Shown here: in pieces, positions 29,792-39,362 of the stretch
How positions within the stretch are numbered: the first letter of the stretch is position 1
How the letters are laid out: each line of letters opens with the position of its first letter
Source of the DNA: Deltaproteobacteria bacterium
Lineage (GTDB): Bacteria; Desulfobacterota; G020345765
NCBI GenBank assembly: GCA_020345765.1
Contig: CP070770.1
Coordinates: 2,868,612 to 2,932,611, forward strand
DNA: 64,000 bases
Direction: 5' to 3'
Position numbers and translations under genes: made by a program
Notes under the pieces: model-generated
What the model was told of the DNA's origin: nothing
Databases searched by the model: none
Seen by the model: the letters and a program-made list of their open reading frames with translations, nothing else

Positions 29792-30721
29792 TTACAGGAA
29801 CTTCTCCAGAATGGCCTTCTGGAGATGGAGGCGGTTTTCTGCCTGGTCAAAAACAATTGATTGCTTCCCCTCCAGAACATCCTCGGTAATCTCTTCCCCC
29901 CGGTGAGCCGGCAGACAGTGCATGACCACTGCTTCGGGAGGGGCAGAGCTCAGTAGTTCGTGGTTTACCTGAAAGCCCTGGAAGTCGCTCAACCTCTGCT
30001 CCTGCTCGGCCTCCTGGCCCATGCTCGTCCAGACATCGGTGTTGATCACCTCAACATCCTTTACCGCCTCCCGGGGGTCGTGAAGGATGTTTATTTTGGA
30101 GGAAGCGATCTTGAGGGACTCGTCAAGGATACCTCCATCGGGCTGGTACTTCGGTGGGCAGGCAATATTGAGATCGAAGCCAAGCAGGGCCGCCGCCTGG
30201 ATCCAGGTATTGGCAACGTTGTTGCCGTCACCGATGTGGGCCACCTTCAGCCCCTGGTAAGATCCCCTCCTTTCTACAATGGTATAGATGTCACTCAGGA
30301 TCTGACAGGGATGGAGCAGGTCGGTAAGCCCGTTGATTACTGGCACATCGGCATATCGGGCGAGATCCACTACATCATCCTGGGAATAGGTCCGGATCAG
30401 GATTCCGTCCACATAGCGGGAAAGGGTGCGGGCAGTATCGGCAAGGGGCTCCCCCCGCCCGAGCTGGATATCCCCGGGGGTGAGGAAAATCGCCTGCCCT
30501 CCCAACTGAGACATCCCCACTTCAAAAGAGACCCGGGTCCGGGTAGAGGACTTGCTGAAGATCATGGCCAGGGTCTTCCCTTTCAGGGGCTGGTAGGGAA
30601 TTGACTTCTTAAGCTTTTTCTTGAGCTTCGCGGTATGCTCCAGGAGCTCGTCAACTTCGTCCCGGGTGAGATCGTTGATGGAAAGCAAGTCCCTTTTGTC
30701 TTTCTGTTTCTTTACCGGCAT
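29792..30721 (-). CDS. argF: ornithine carbamoyltransferase
   Basis: 309 aa. It has STRTRVSFE, HPCQILSD and HCLPAHRGEE motifs. Confidence 0.9.
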   Translation of the reverse strand: MPVKKQKDKRDLLSINDLTRDEVDELLEHTAKLKKKLKKSIPYQPLKGKTLAMIFSKSSTRTRVSFEVGMSQLGGQAIFLTPGDIQLGRGEPLADTARTLSRYVDGILIRTYSQDDVVDLARYADVPVINGLTDLLHPCQILSDIYTIVERRGSYQGLKVAHIGDGNNVANTWIQAAALLGFDLNIACPPKYQPDGGILDESLKIASSKINILHDPREAVKDVEVINTDVWTSMGQEAEQEQRLSDFQGFQVNHELLSSAPPEAVVMHCLPAHRGEEITEDVLEGKQSIVFDQAENRLHLQKAILEKFL

Positions 30722-30730
30722 GGTCGTCCT

Positions 30731-31210
30731 TTATTGGCGGACATAAAATGAGCTTTCGAACCGGGATTTTTCGTAATCCCAGCGGGAATTTCCTTTATCG
30801 TCCCGATAAGCATAGTAATAGCCGACCTCGATCCGGACCCAGTTTTCACCCGGCTTGAATTGATCTCCGATAGTGAGCGGGATGGACTTCGAATCATAGG
30901 TATAATCGTATTTACTTACCCGCTCTCCGTCCATTGTCTCTCCGGAGGGTCCGATGGTATCGTCGGAGTATATTACCTCTTTCCGGGGAGAGAGGAGCTC
31001 TACCGTTTTGATGCTTAAGCTCCTTCCCGGCCGTTTGACCGTTACCTGAAGTCTTGCCTGCTCCCCGGTCTTAATCCGATGGGGAACAATCTTCAAGCCT
31101 TCCCGGATAAATACCCGCTCCGGGCAGAAGCCGAAGAGGATGCTGGAAAACAGGAACAGGATGCTGACCATCCCCATAAGCAGATGATGAATTTTCATTT
31201 TTCCAAACAT
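30731..31210 (-). CDS. hypothetical membrane-anchored/lipoprotein
   Basis: 159 aa with a hydrophobic N-terminus ending LFGFC. It lies 9 nt upstream of argF on the same strand. Confidence 0.5.
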   Translation of the reverse strand: MFGKMKIHHLLMGMVSILFLFSSILFGFCPERVFIREGLKIVPHRIKTGEQARLQVTVKRPGRSLSIKTVELLSPRKEVIYSDDTIGPSGETMDGERVSKYDYTYDSKSIPLTIGDQFKPGENWVRIEVGYYYAYRDDKGNSRWDYEKSRFESSFYVRQ

Positions 31211-31397
31211 GGCTTTTAACCTTTAATTTACAATACTTTAAAAATCACTTTGAGTCAATACTAAGGGCTCTCCTGCCAATCGTCCTGGTTGCCGTCAAAC
31301 GACACGGAATTATATGCAAAGGGGCGAGGTATATGGTAGAATAGCGAAGCGAGGCGATGAATGGCAGGTTCGATCAGGGTAGCCGGGTATTGTCATT

Positions 31398-31601
31398 ATG
31401 AAGAGACCGATGTTGAAATATACCTGCTCCCGGTGTGGTTATGAGCTGTATTTCACCTTCAGGCTCGTAGGCGGGATGGCCGGGGTCAGGTGCCCGGGAT
31501 GTCAGAACCCGAAAAGGCCTTTCGGAAATAAGCTAAGGAGGTTCCGTTATTCAGTAAAGAGGTTGATCATGAGGAAAGGAGGAATCCATGGTCCAGGTTG
31601 A
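31398..31601 (+). CDS. possible small zinc-ribbon protein
   Basis: 67 aa with CSRCG...CPGC. There is no convincing RBS. It overlaps the next gene by 14 nt. Confidence 0.3.
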   Translation: MKRPMLKYTCSRCGYELYFTFRLVGGMAGVRCPGCQNPKRPFGNKLRRFRYSVKRLIMRKGGIHGPG

Positions 31602-32394
31602 CATTTTTTGGAGTTTCGCAATCGGGGCGGGGTTTGCGGCGAGTGCGGCCAAGCAGCTCGAGAAGGAAGAGAAGCCTTTCGAGAGCAAGGCGTTTATCAA
31701 GAACCTGCTCTGGCTCTCGATCTTCTTCGTCCCTTCCGGGGCTACCCTTCTCTGGGGATTTCCCGCCTGGGAGACCATGCAGGTGGGGACATACGAAAAT
31801 ATCCCGGCCTGGCTGGTTGCTCTCTTCTGTGGGACCAATATTACCCAGGGAATCCTGGGTTTCTGGGTGACCTACCGGCTGATCCGGGCGCGTAAGATTT
31901 ATGCGGCGAACCTCATGTGGATGCTCGGATACTTCTGCATGTTTTTTATCCTCGTTCACGGGTGGGACGGGACCGGATACCAGCGCTTCTTATACAGCGC
32001 CAAGGATTGGTCAGGCAACTATGTGCCGTGGACTCCCGGCAGCTACTCGATCCGATGGGTTTACAGCCCGGTTGCCGTTACCCTGTATGTTATGGGCGTG
32101 ATTATGATGCCGTTTCTCTTCCGCTGGATGTTCGCGCTGATGAAAGAAGATTACGAGCTGATCCGGGCGGAAGAGCCGGAAGTGGAGAGCCCCATTCGGT
32201 TAAGGCCGAATATAGGGCTTCTGGTATTCGGTTACACCTTGGGCCCGGTGATCGTGGCGAGCCTCCTGATCCATTGGCTGGGGTGGATATTCGGAAGCGG
32301 GATCTTCGTGGTGATAGCGTATTTCGCACTTATCAGGAGGGGAGGGCTTGTCCACGCCGAGATCAGCAAGTTCGCCCCGGAATACGCAAAATAA
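31588..32394 (+). CDS. hypothetical polytopic membrane protein
   Basis: 268 aa. A strong RBS AAAGGAGG lies 5 nt upstream of the ATG. It has multiple hydrophobic segments. Confidence 0.6.
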   Translation: MVQVDIFWSFAIGAGFAASAAKQLEKEEKPFESKAFIKNLLWLSIFFVPSGATLLWGFPAWETMQVGTYENIPAWLVALFCGTNITQGILGFWVTYRLIRARKIYAANLMWMLGYFCMFFILVHGWDGTGYQRFLYSAKDWSGNYVPWTPGSYSIRWVYSPVAVTLYVMGVIMMPFLFRWMFALMKEDYELIRAEEPEVESPIRLRPNIGLLVFGYTLGPVIVASLLIHWLGWIFGSGIFVVIAYFALIRRGGLVHAEISKFAPEYAK

Positions 32395-32432
32395 TATACC
32401 GACGACCGGGATCAGATATTACTGTTTTCCCT

Positions 32433-35400
32433 CTAATTCTCACTTGAGAGAGGGTATACCTTTATGCTGACCGGGCCGAGCAGGCCGGAAGGCATGAGGT
32501 TTTTTCTCCCCCGGAACTGCCGGTAGCGCTTATCCCCGCTTGCACCCCAGCGGGCCAGGCGGTTATAGAGAGTAGGGGTTACCAGGACCTCGATCCGGTT
32601 GGCCCCGGGCTTTAGCTGCCTGGTTAGATCGCAGGAGAAGGGCGGCACGATCAGGGTGGCCATATCTTTGTCATTAACCCTCACCTCGGCGGCATCGCGC
32701 ACATCTCCCAAGTCCAACATGATCCGGCGGTCCTTGAGCAATACCTGGTCCAGGTTAACAGTCGTCCGGTAGCGGCCCGGGCTCGAGCATCCAGACAATT
32801 CCCTGAGTTCCCGCCAGTCCTTTAGATCCTCCATATCCAGGGTAACCGGCTTTTTCGAGCCATTGGTGCCAACCAGTTCGGTCTCGAGATGCCAGCGTTC
32901 GATGCTCAGGGTCGAAATTGGCCCGGATGTGATCGATTCCATTGGTGGTGCGGCGATCTGCTCCGGGGTGCGCTCAAAACGGAGGAGGAGCGAGCCATAA
33001 GGGCCGAGTTCTATATTCATTGCGACCCGGTCATTTTCCCTCCGGTATCCCGAGGCAGGTGTGACCTCGCCGGTCCAGGGGTCCCAGAACTCCGGGGACC
33101 TCCCCGCAGCGGGAAACTTCACTTCCGCCCGGACGGTTTCCCGGGTTGAGTTCCGGAGGAAGAAATAATCTCCCGTGCCTGTCCGTCGGTGGATATAGTC
33201 CAGGCTCGGCTGGGTCCGATCGAATATGACATCAGGCTCGATCCCGAGTTGGCTGCGGATCCGCTCCGCTAGTTCCGCGGAACCCGTCAGGATCACCTTG
33301 TTCTCGGTATCCTTTAGGTTACGGACAATCTGTCTTATTAAAGCGTCATTTTTTATGTAATCCTTGAACTCGGGCTGGCCTTTGGGCAGGGTATCCACGA
33401 AGACAATGGCTGCACCCTCGTGCGCCAGCGACTCGAGCTTCTTCGCCAGGGCGAGCGAGAGGTACTCGATCCGGTTAAGGATAAGAACCCGGTAGCTCGC
33501 TGTGCGGATTAGAATCATGCCGTCCTGGACCCGGGCATTGAGGATGCTCTCTTCGTTGACGTGGTCATAGTTAAAGCCGTAGGCCATCAACTGATCGGCT
33601 ACCGCGATATTTTCCTTCACCCATTCGTTCTCGGGCCCGATGGCCTTTTCCTGGTAAACGATACCCCGGAGCCCACCGCCGAGCGGGGCGTCGGTCCGGT
33701 CGAGCAGACCGCTGGTCAATTCCTCCGTGACCGGGTTCCGGTGGGGATAACCGAATAGGGGGAAATACAGGGCCACATCAGCGACATTCTCGCCCTGCCT
33801 CAGGACATACTGGCACCGGGAGATGTAGTTATTGAGGACGGGGAGGTATTTGAAGAAGGGGTTTTCCTCGTTTAGGTTGGAGGAGAAGGTGGCAAGCGAC
33901 ATGAACGGCGAGCTGAAGGGGGCCCAGGCAGGGGAGCCGAAGCCGGACTCCCGGTAAGTATAGGGAAAACCGTGGAAGACCACGCCGTTGATGCCGGCGA
34001 TAAAGAGCTTGTCGACTGCGGCCTTTATCTTGAGGGGGGTGGTCATGTAATCACGGTTGCCCCAGACCACGGCTTCCGCGGTGATGAGGTCCCGGCCATA
34101 CAGGTGTCCCCCGGAGGAGGCCAGCTTGAGGAAATCCGTATTCCCGCCGGCATATAGCTGTTCGGTCTCCGGGATGTGGGCCTCCCCGTAGTTCTGGATG
34201 ATATCGGTCCGCATACCGTGTGCCTGGAGGCGGGATTTAAGCCCGAGGGTTTCCGCGTGTTTGCTCAGGGGAAGAACGAACCTCTCATAATAGAGCTCCG
34301 CGAGGGTGAGATCAACATCGTAACGGACCTTATTGCCGCCCTCAAAGTCGAACTCCGGTGCCGGGGAGAACCCCGCCACATTTGTTATCATGTTATGTTT
34401 CATCGGAACGGGGACCGCGGGAAGATAGGGGGTGAGCTCATAGCCGCGGCGGCGGGCGAACTCCGCAAGAAAGTCCTCGGTCCAGCAATGCTCGGCCTTC
34501 AGCTCGAGGCTGTCGGTGAAGAAGCCCCGCAGGGCCTTACCGTAATAGGGAGATAGAAGCCGGTGCCCGGGGACAAGCACGCGAGCGATATGGGCCTCCA
34601 GCGCTTCCCGGCTGAAATGGTCCATGGTCAGGCCCGGCTTTTTCTCCGCCAGCAGGGTGGGTGAGCTCCCGTTCGGGCCGAGATAGAAGATAATCACCTT
34701 CCATTTCCCCTCGGGCACCTCCCACTTAAGCCTGCCGTCCGGACCGATCCGGTCGGAGAGATCGACGAGGGAATCGGAATCCAGCATTACGGTATCGTGG
34801 AAGTTCCATGGTATCCACGAATGTTTCGCATCGTCGAGGGGGCGGGCCGCCACTGCGGCGATCGGGTGGAAATCTTTCCGGTAATAGGTGGCGATTTGCA
34901 TCCCGAAGAACTTGAACAGAGGCGCCGTCTTATAAAAAAGCGGCTTTTTCGGAGACGGTAGCTTCTTTGAGAGCTTTTTCGGCCCTTTTACATCGATTTC
35001 ATTCCAGAGCAGGGTCTTAAGGGAGAGCTCCTTGTCGATATGGGTGCCCCCGAAGGGCCAGCCCGATCCCAGGGTCAGATCGATCTGCAGTCCGAGCCGG
35101 TCGGCCTCTTCCACGGCGGCCAGGACGTGTTCAAAGTAGGAGGGTGAGGCGAAACTGAACACCCGCTCCGCCGCCGCGGCCGGCATCTTTTTATTAAGGC
35201 CCATGGTGAATGCCTGGATCTCGGCGCCGCCGAAGCCGGCCTCGTCCAGTACTCTTAATTCTCGGCGGAGTTCCTCGGCCGCGACATCGTTTCCCGGCCA
35301 CCACCAGCGCACCCAGGGGCGGTAGATCTTGGGAGGATTTTTAAATCCCGCACGGTCAATTGGCTGGTCCTGGGGCAGGGCGGCAAAAACCGTGCTCCCG

Positions 35401-35462
35401 CCTAAGATAATCAGGGCCGCGAACAGAAAGCATTTTTTAAAAGGTTCATTCACAGTTTCCAC
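32433..35462 (-). CDS. large secreted glycoside-hydrolase-like protein (GH106 / rhamnosidase-like architecture)
   Basis: 1009 aa with a signal peptide. YRPWVRWWWPGNDV...LDEAGFGGAEIQAF is a motif I associate with GH106-type enzymes. The family assignment needs an HMM search. Confidence 0.55.
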   Translation of the reverse strand: METVNEPFKKCFLFAALIILGGSTVFAALPQDQPIDRAGFKNPPKIYRPWVRWWWPGNDVAAEELRRELRVLDEAGFGGAEIQAFTMGLNKKMPAAAAERVFSFASPSYFEHVLAAVEEADRLGLQIDLTLGSGWPFGGTHIDKELSLKTLLWNEIDVKGPKKLSKKLPSPKKPLFYKTAPLFKFFGMQIATYYRKDFHPIAAVAARPLDDAKHSWIPWNFHDTVMLDSDSLVDLSDRIGPDGRLKWEVPEGKWKVIIFYLGPNGSSPTLLAEKKPGLTMDHFSREALEAHIARVLVPGHRLLSPYYGKALRGFFTDSLELKAEHCWTEDFLAEFARRRGYELTPYLPAVPVPMKHNMITNVAGFSPAPEFDFEGGNKVRYDVDLTLAELYYERFVLPLSKHAETLGLKSRLQAHGMRTDIIQNYGEAHIPETEQLYAGGNTDFLKLASSGGHLYGRDLITAEAVVWGNRDYMTTPLKIKAAVDKLFIAGINGVVFHGFPYTYRESGFGSPAWAPFSSPFMSLATFSSNLNEENPFFKYLPVLNNYISRCQYVLRQGENVADVALYFPLFGYPHRNPVTEELTSGLLDRTDAPLGGGLRGIVYQEKAIGPENEWVKENIAVADQLMAYGFNYDHVNEESILNARVQDGMILIRTASYRVLILNRIEYLSLALAKKLESLAHEGAAIVFVDTLPKGQPEFKDYIKNDALIRQIVRNLKDTENKVILTGSAELAERIRSQLGIEPDVIFDRTQPSLDYIHRRTGTGDYFFLRNSTRETVRAEVKFPAAGRSPEFWDPWTGEVTPASGYRRENDRVAMNIELGPYGSLLLRFERTPEQIAAPPMESITSGPISTLSIERWHLETELVGTNGSKKPVTLDMEDLKDWRELRELSGCSSPGRYRTTVNLDQVLLKDRRIMLDLGDVRDAAEVRVNDKDMATLIVPPFSCDLTRQLKPGANRIEVLVTPTLYNRLARWGASGDKRYRQFRGRKNLMPSGLLGPVSIKVYPLSSEN

Positions 35463-35847
35463 TGCATAGACCCCTGTAAATAACGGTGTCTATTTTCCCT
35501 ATAGTATAGAATAAAACAAAATTATATCAAACCCAATAATGCATTATTGCCAGGATTCAATTTATTTCCCTCTCCTGTCCTGAGGAGCCCCTATGCCCAT
35601 CGGGACATCTCGAAGGATTGAACTGTGTACTCTGAACCTTGAACTTGCTATCAAAGTGGGATAAGATAAAGCAAACTGGGGAATGGGGAAAGCCACGTCT
35701 TGATTTACATAATCCAGTATTAAAACGTTACCTCTAAGTTATCTAGAAAGGATTAAAAAGACGATTGTCGAAATGAAAGATTTGACTCCATTCCCTGACC
35801 TAATCCGGATGCTGTCCCTATTTTCTCCGAAATTTAGTTGAATAAAG

Positions 35848-36270
35848 ATGCAGACAAAAGAAAAAGATAATTTGATTTTAATAAGACTTTTTCCCGACGA
35901 AGATATTTATGAAAAATTGGAAGAGGCGGTTAAGAAATATAATGTCGAGACAGCTATTGTATTATCAGGTATTGGACAACTAAAGAATTTTGAATTGGGT
36001 TACTTTAAGGAAAAGGGTAACTATACACCGCAATTATTTACTAAGCCTCATGAATTACTTTCTTTATCAGGTAATATCTCTAAACAAAATAATAAATATA
36101 ATTTTCATTTGCACTCTGTTTTAGGAAATGAGGAAAAAGCACTTGTGGGAGGACACTTAATCAAAGGATCGGTAGCGGTAACAAATGAAATTATATTGTT
36201 GAAGACAAATTTGAAAATGAGAAGAAAGTTAGATGAGGAAGCCGGCCTGGAGGGGATGTTCCTGGAATGA
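35848..36270 (+). CDS. PPC (DUF296) domain protein
   Basis: 140 aa. LIRLFPDEDIYEKLEEAVKKYNVETAIVLSGIGQLKNFELGYF...HLHSVLG...GGHLIKG fits the PPC/DUF296 pattern. The coding DNA is strongly AT-rich. Confidence 0.65.
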   Translation: MQTKEKDNLILIRLFPDEDIYEKLEEAVKKYNVETAIVLSGIGQLKNFELGYFKEKGNYTPQLFTKPHELLSLSGNISKQNNKYNFHLHSVLGNEEKALVGGHLIKGSVAVTNEIILLKTNLKMRRKLDEEAGLEGMFLE

Positions 36271-36359
36271 ATAAAAAGATGATGGTTCTATTTTTGATAA
36301 AAAGGGCGTTGTTTCTATTTTCCACCAAAAGGTGCAATAGAATTATATAAAATAAACTT

Positions 36360-37100
36360 ATGGGATTTTACGAGGATTTTGTAGAAAAATACGACTTATT
36401 AGTTTCTTGGGAAAATCGTTTTAAGAGAGAGCATAAATTTTTCAATACTTTGCTCTCGAAATACCAGATTAAATCGATCCTGGATTGTGCCTGCGGAACA
36501 GGTCAGCATGTTGTTATGTTTCATCAAATGGGGATAATAGCAAAAGGCTCTGATTTGTCACCTGCGATGGTTAAGAAAGCGAAAATAAACGCAAGAAAAT
36601 ATAAAGTGAAGGCGGATTTCAAGGTTGCGGATTTTAGAAATTTGTCTAAAGTCTTTAAGGAAAAATTTGATGCGGTCGTTTGTGTCGGGAATTCACTCCC
36701 CCATCTATTGAGCGACCGCGACCTTAAAAAAGCTATCCATGAAATGGGGAAGGTCCTCAATCCAAAGGGACTTCTAATTCTCCAACAACGCAATTACGAC
36801 ATGCTAATAGGTTCTAAGAAACGGTTTTTCAATATGGCTACTCGAGAAAATGAGGCATTTTTCTATGTGTTAGACTATTTGCCCAACAAAATAGTATTTA
36901 ACATTGTTAATCTTGATACAAAGTCCAAAAAATTTAAGGTGTATACAACAGATTATAATCCTCTTAAAAAGGCAAAATTAGTTAGGTTGCTTAAAGAATG
37001 TGGATTCAATAGATTTGAATTTTACGGTGATTATGATTTTAATAAGTTTGATCTAAAAAAAGGAAATGATTTGATTATGATTTGTAAAAAATCAAGTTAA
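36360..37100 (+). CDS. class I SAM-dependent methyltransferase
   Basis: 246 aa. Motif I is ILDCACGTGQHVVMF, and post-I/II motifs are present. It is AT-rich like its upstream neighbour. Confidence 0.8.
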   Translation: MGFYEDFVEKYDLLVSWENRFKREHKFFNTLLSKYQIKSILDCACGTGQHVVMFHQMGIIAKGSDLSPAMVKKAKINARKYKVKADFKVADFRNLSKVFKEKFDAVVCVGNSLPHLLSDRDLKKAIHEMGKVLNPKGLLILQQRNYDMLIGSKKRFFNMATRENEAFFYVLDYLPNKIVFNIVNLDTKSKKFKVYTTDYNPLKKAKLVRLLKECGFNRFEFYGDYDFNKFDLKKGNDLIMICKKSS

Positions 37101-37208
37101 GTGAACTGATCCGCCTCTCAAATTACAGTAGATAACAATTTGGAAACAGAGAGAAGTTATTGAGATATTGACTTTTTGAAGATAAACGGATGCTGCCTTT
37201 ATTTTCCC

Positions 37209-38036
37209 ATGGGAATTTTTAAAGACAAAATTGATATTATTACGGGAGGGGCTTCGGGGATCGGCCGGGCACTCGGGGAGGAACTATCCCGCCGCGGTGC
37301 ACTGGTGATCCTGGTCGATATGAATACTAAACTGCTCGAGGAAGTTGCCAACTCAATAACGGAAGCAGGGGGGCGGGCGAAAGCGGCAACGCTAGATGTC
37401 TCCGATTACGAAGTGGTTAAAAAGTTGGTTGACGATACCATGACCCAATACGGCCGGTTGGATTATATCTTTAACAATGCGGGCATCGGTGTTGCTGGCG
37501 AGGCTCGAGACTATTCCTACGAGGACTGGCGCAAGGTCATCGATGTGAATCTCTATGGTGTCGTCAATGGTGTTGCCGCAGCCTACCCGATTATGGTAAA
37601 GCAGGATTTCGGACACATCATAAACACCGCATCTTTAGCGGGGCTGCTCCCTTCGGCGGGGGTAATTTCCTATGTTGCAAGCAAGTACGCCATAGTAGGG
37701 CTCTCCAATGCACTGCGGGTGGAGGGCGCGGATCTTGGTGTGAAGGTCAGTGTAGTTTGCCCCGGATTGATTAGGACGCCGATCCTTAATACCACTAAGT
37801 TTGTTAAAATTGACCGCGAAAAATCGCTCAAGATGGCGCCTGAAGCCATAAGCATAACTCCCGAGAAATGCGCCCGGATAATTTTGCGCGGGGTCGAACG
37901 TAATAAGGCGACCATCGTAGTAACGCTTACGGCCAAGTTATCTTGGCTGATACAACGAATCAGCCCAGGATTAGTGCTCTGGATGGGGAGACAATCTGTA
38001 AAGATAATGCGTAAAGTGGTACGGGTTGATGATTAA
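37209..38036 (+). CDS. short-chain dehydrogenase/reductase (SDR)
   Basis: From ATG 37209: MGIFKDKIDIITGGASGIGRA (TGxxxGxG), NNAG, and the YVASK catalytic Tyr-Lys. Confidence 0.85.
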   Translation: MGIFKDKIDIITGGASGIGRALGEELSRRGALVILVDMNTKLLEEVANSITEAGGRAKAATLDVSDYEVVKKLVDDTMTQYGRLDYIFNNAGIGVAGEARDYSYEDWRKVIDVNLYGVVNGVAAAYPIMVKQDFGHIINTASLAGLLPSAGVISYVASKYAIVGLSNALRVEGADLGVKVSVVCPGLIRTPILNTTKFVKIDREKSLKMAPEAISITPEKCARIILRGVERNKATIVVTLTAKLSWLIQRISPGLVLWMGRQSVKIMRKVVRVDD

Positions 38037-38194
38037 TCTCCAACCGACAATTCTACCAGGAAAAAACGGGCGCGGTCCCTATTTTGGGGGCTTTATTTTA
38101 AGGCTGAGCCCTAGATTTTAATAAAAAAAGGCGGTTGAAGAAGTCCTCCAACCACCTTTTAATCATTTAACTAAAAACGGGTGCTGGGCCTATT

Positions 38195-39286
38195 TTATAC
38201 CCCCAGGGCGACGATGGATTTGTCTATTTTGGGGGGCTTTTTATCCGACCGGCGCACCATGATCATGCACTCCTCCGGGCAAACCGACTTGCAATTGCCG
38301 CAACCGATGCAAAGCTCGGGATTCACGGTTGCCACATCGTCCTCTAGGGAAAGGGCTTCCATCGGGCAGCGATCAATGCAGGTTTCGCAGCCCGTGCACT
38401 CCTCGGCATTGATCTGAACCATAAAGTTGGAATAGGCCACCATGGCATCGGTGTTAAACCTCTTTATCGATTGAAGAAACCCGCAGCAGCAGCCACAGCA
38501 GTTACACAGGAATACCAGGCCGCCCGAGAAGTTATTTACATTATGCACCAGGCCGGCCTCGGCGCACTGCCTGGTAATCTCCAGCGCCTCCTCTTTGGTA
38601 ATGCGTTTGCCGAATCCCCGCTCCACCACATAATCAGCCGTCTTGCCAAACATCAGGCAGGAATATTCGGGTATTCCCTTAACCTGGCATGGCCGGTTAA
38701 CCAGATAGGCGTGATGGCGGCAGTAACATTTGGCCGCCCCGAACGATTCCTCCTGATCAAAAAGCTCGGATACTTTCTCGAAGGGAAAGATCTCTGAATC
38801 CGCGGGAAGTTCTTTCTCGACGGTGACGGTCCGGGCCGGGGCATTCGGGATCATTTGCTTAGCCGTTTCCTTATCCTGAAGTGCTGCCCGCATCAGCTCG
38901 CCCATTTCTCCCTCCATGAGTTCCTCGAAAGCTGCGGCCATGCGCCGGTCGCGGGGGGTGTCGGTAGCCCGCATCAGCTGAAACTCAACAACCCCGGGGA
39001 CAAAGGGGGTAAGGGCGTAACGGATTACTTCACCATCCCGGGTAGTAAACATGGTGCCCTGGTTCGCCATTTTCTCCAGCAGCGGTTCCAGCTCCTTTTC
39101 ATCCCGGCCTAAAAGCTCAGAAGCCTCTTTTAGCGTATGGGGACCGGCAGGATATTCAGCCCCCAATCTGGCCTCCTCTTCGGAATAAATCTCCCGCAAG
39201 ACCTTAAAGAAAGGTTCCACCAATAGCATTTTAACCTGGTATTCGTTAAGTCTTTCTCCGAGTTTGTAGTACACATCTTCGCTCAT
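38195..39286 (-). CDS. 4Fe-4S dicluster domain protein with Cys-rich middle region
   Basis: 363 aa. The C-terminus has CTGCETCIDRCP and CIGCGNCKSVCP ferredoxin motifs. Upstream of these is CNCCGCCCGF. Confidence 0.7.
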   Translation of the reverse strand: MSEDVYYKLGERLNEYQVKMLLVEPFFKVLREIYSEEEARLGAEYPAGPHTLKEASELLGRDEKELEPLLEKMANQGTMFTTRDGEVIRYALTPFVPGVVEFQLMRATDTPRDRRMAAAFEELMEGEMGELMRAALQDKETAKQMIPNAPARTVTVEKELPADSEIFPFEKVSELFDQEESFGAAKCYCRHHAYLVNRPCQVKGIPEYSCLMFGKTADYVVERGFGKRITKEEALEITRQCAEAGLVHNVNNFSGGLVFLCNCCGCCCGFLQSIKRFNTDAMVAYSNFMVQINAEECTGCETCIDRCPMEALSLEDDVATVNPELCIGCGNCKSVCPEECMIMVRRSDKKPPKIDKSIVALGV

Positions 39287-39333
39287 CTCGATACTCCTTG
39301 AAAAAAGTTGCGAAACATAAAAAGTATCTTTGC

Positions 39334-39362
39334 ATTATACTTTCATCCGGTGCGGTTGTCAA
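39334..39362 (-). promoter_or_regulatory. perfect consensus sigma-70 promoter TTGACA-N17-TATAAT
   Basis: On the minus strand, TTGACA is the complement of 39357-39362 and TATAAT the complement of 39334-39339. The spacer is exactly 17 nt. It lies about 48 nt upstream of the Fe-S protein ATG (39286). Confidence 0.6.
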
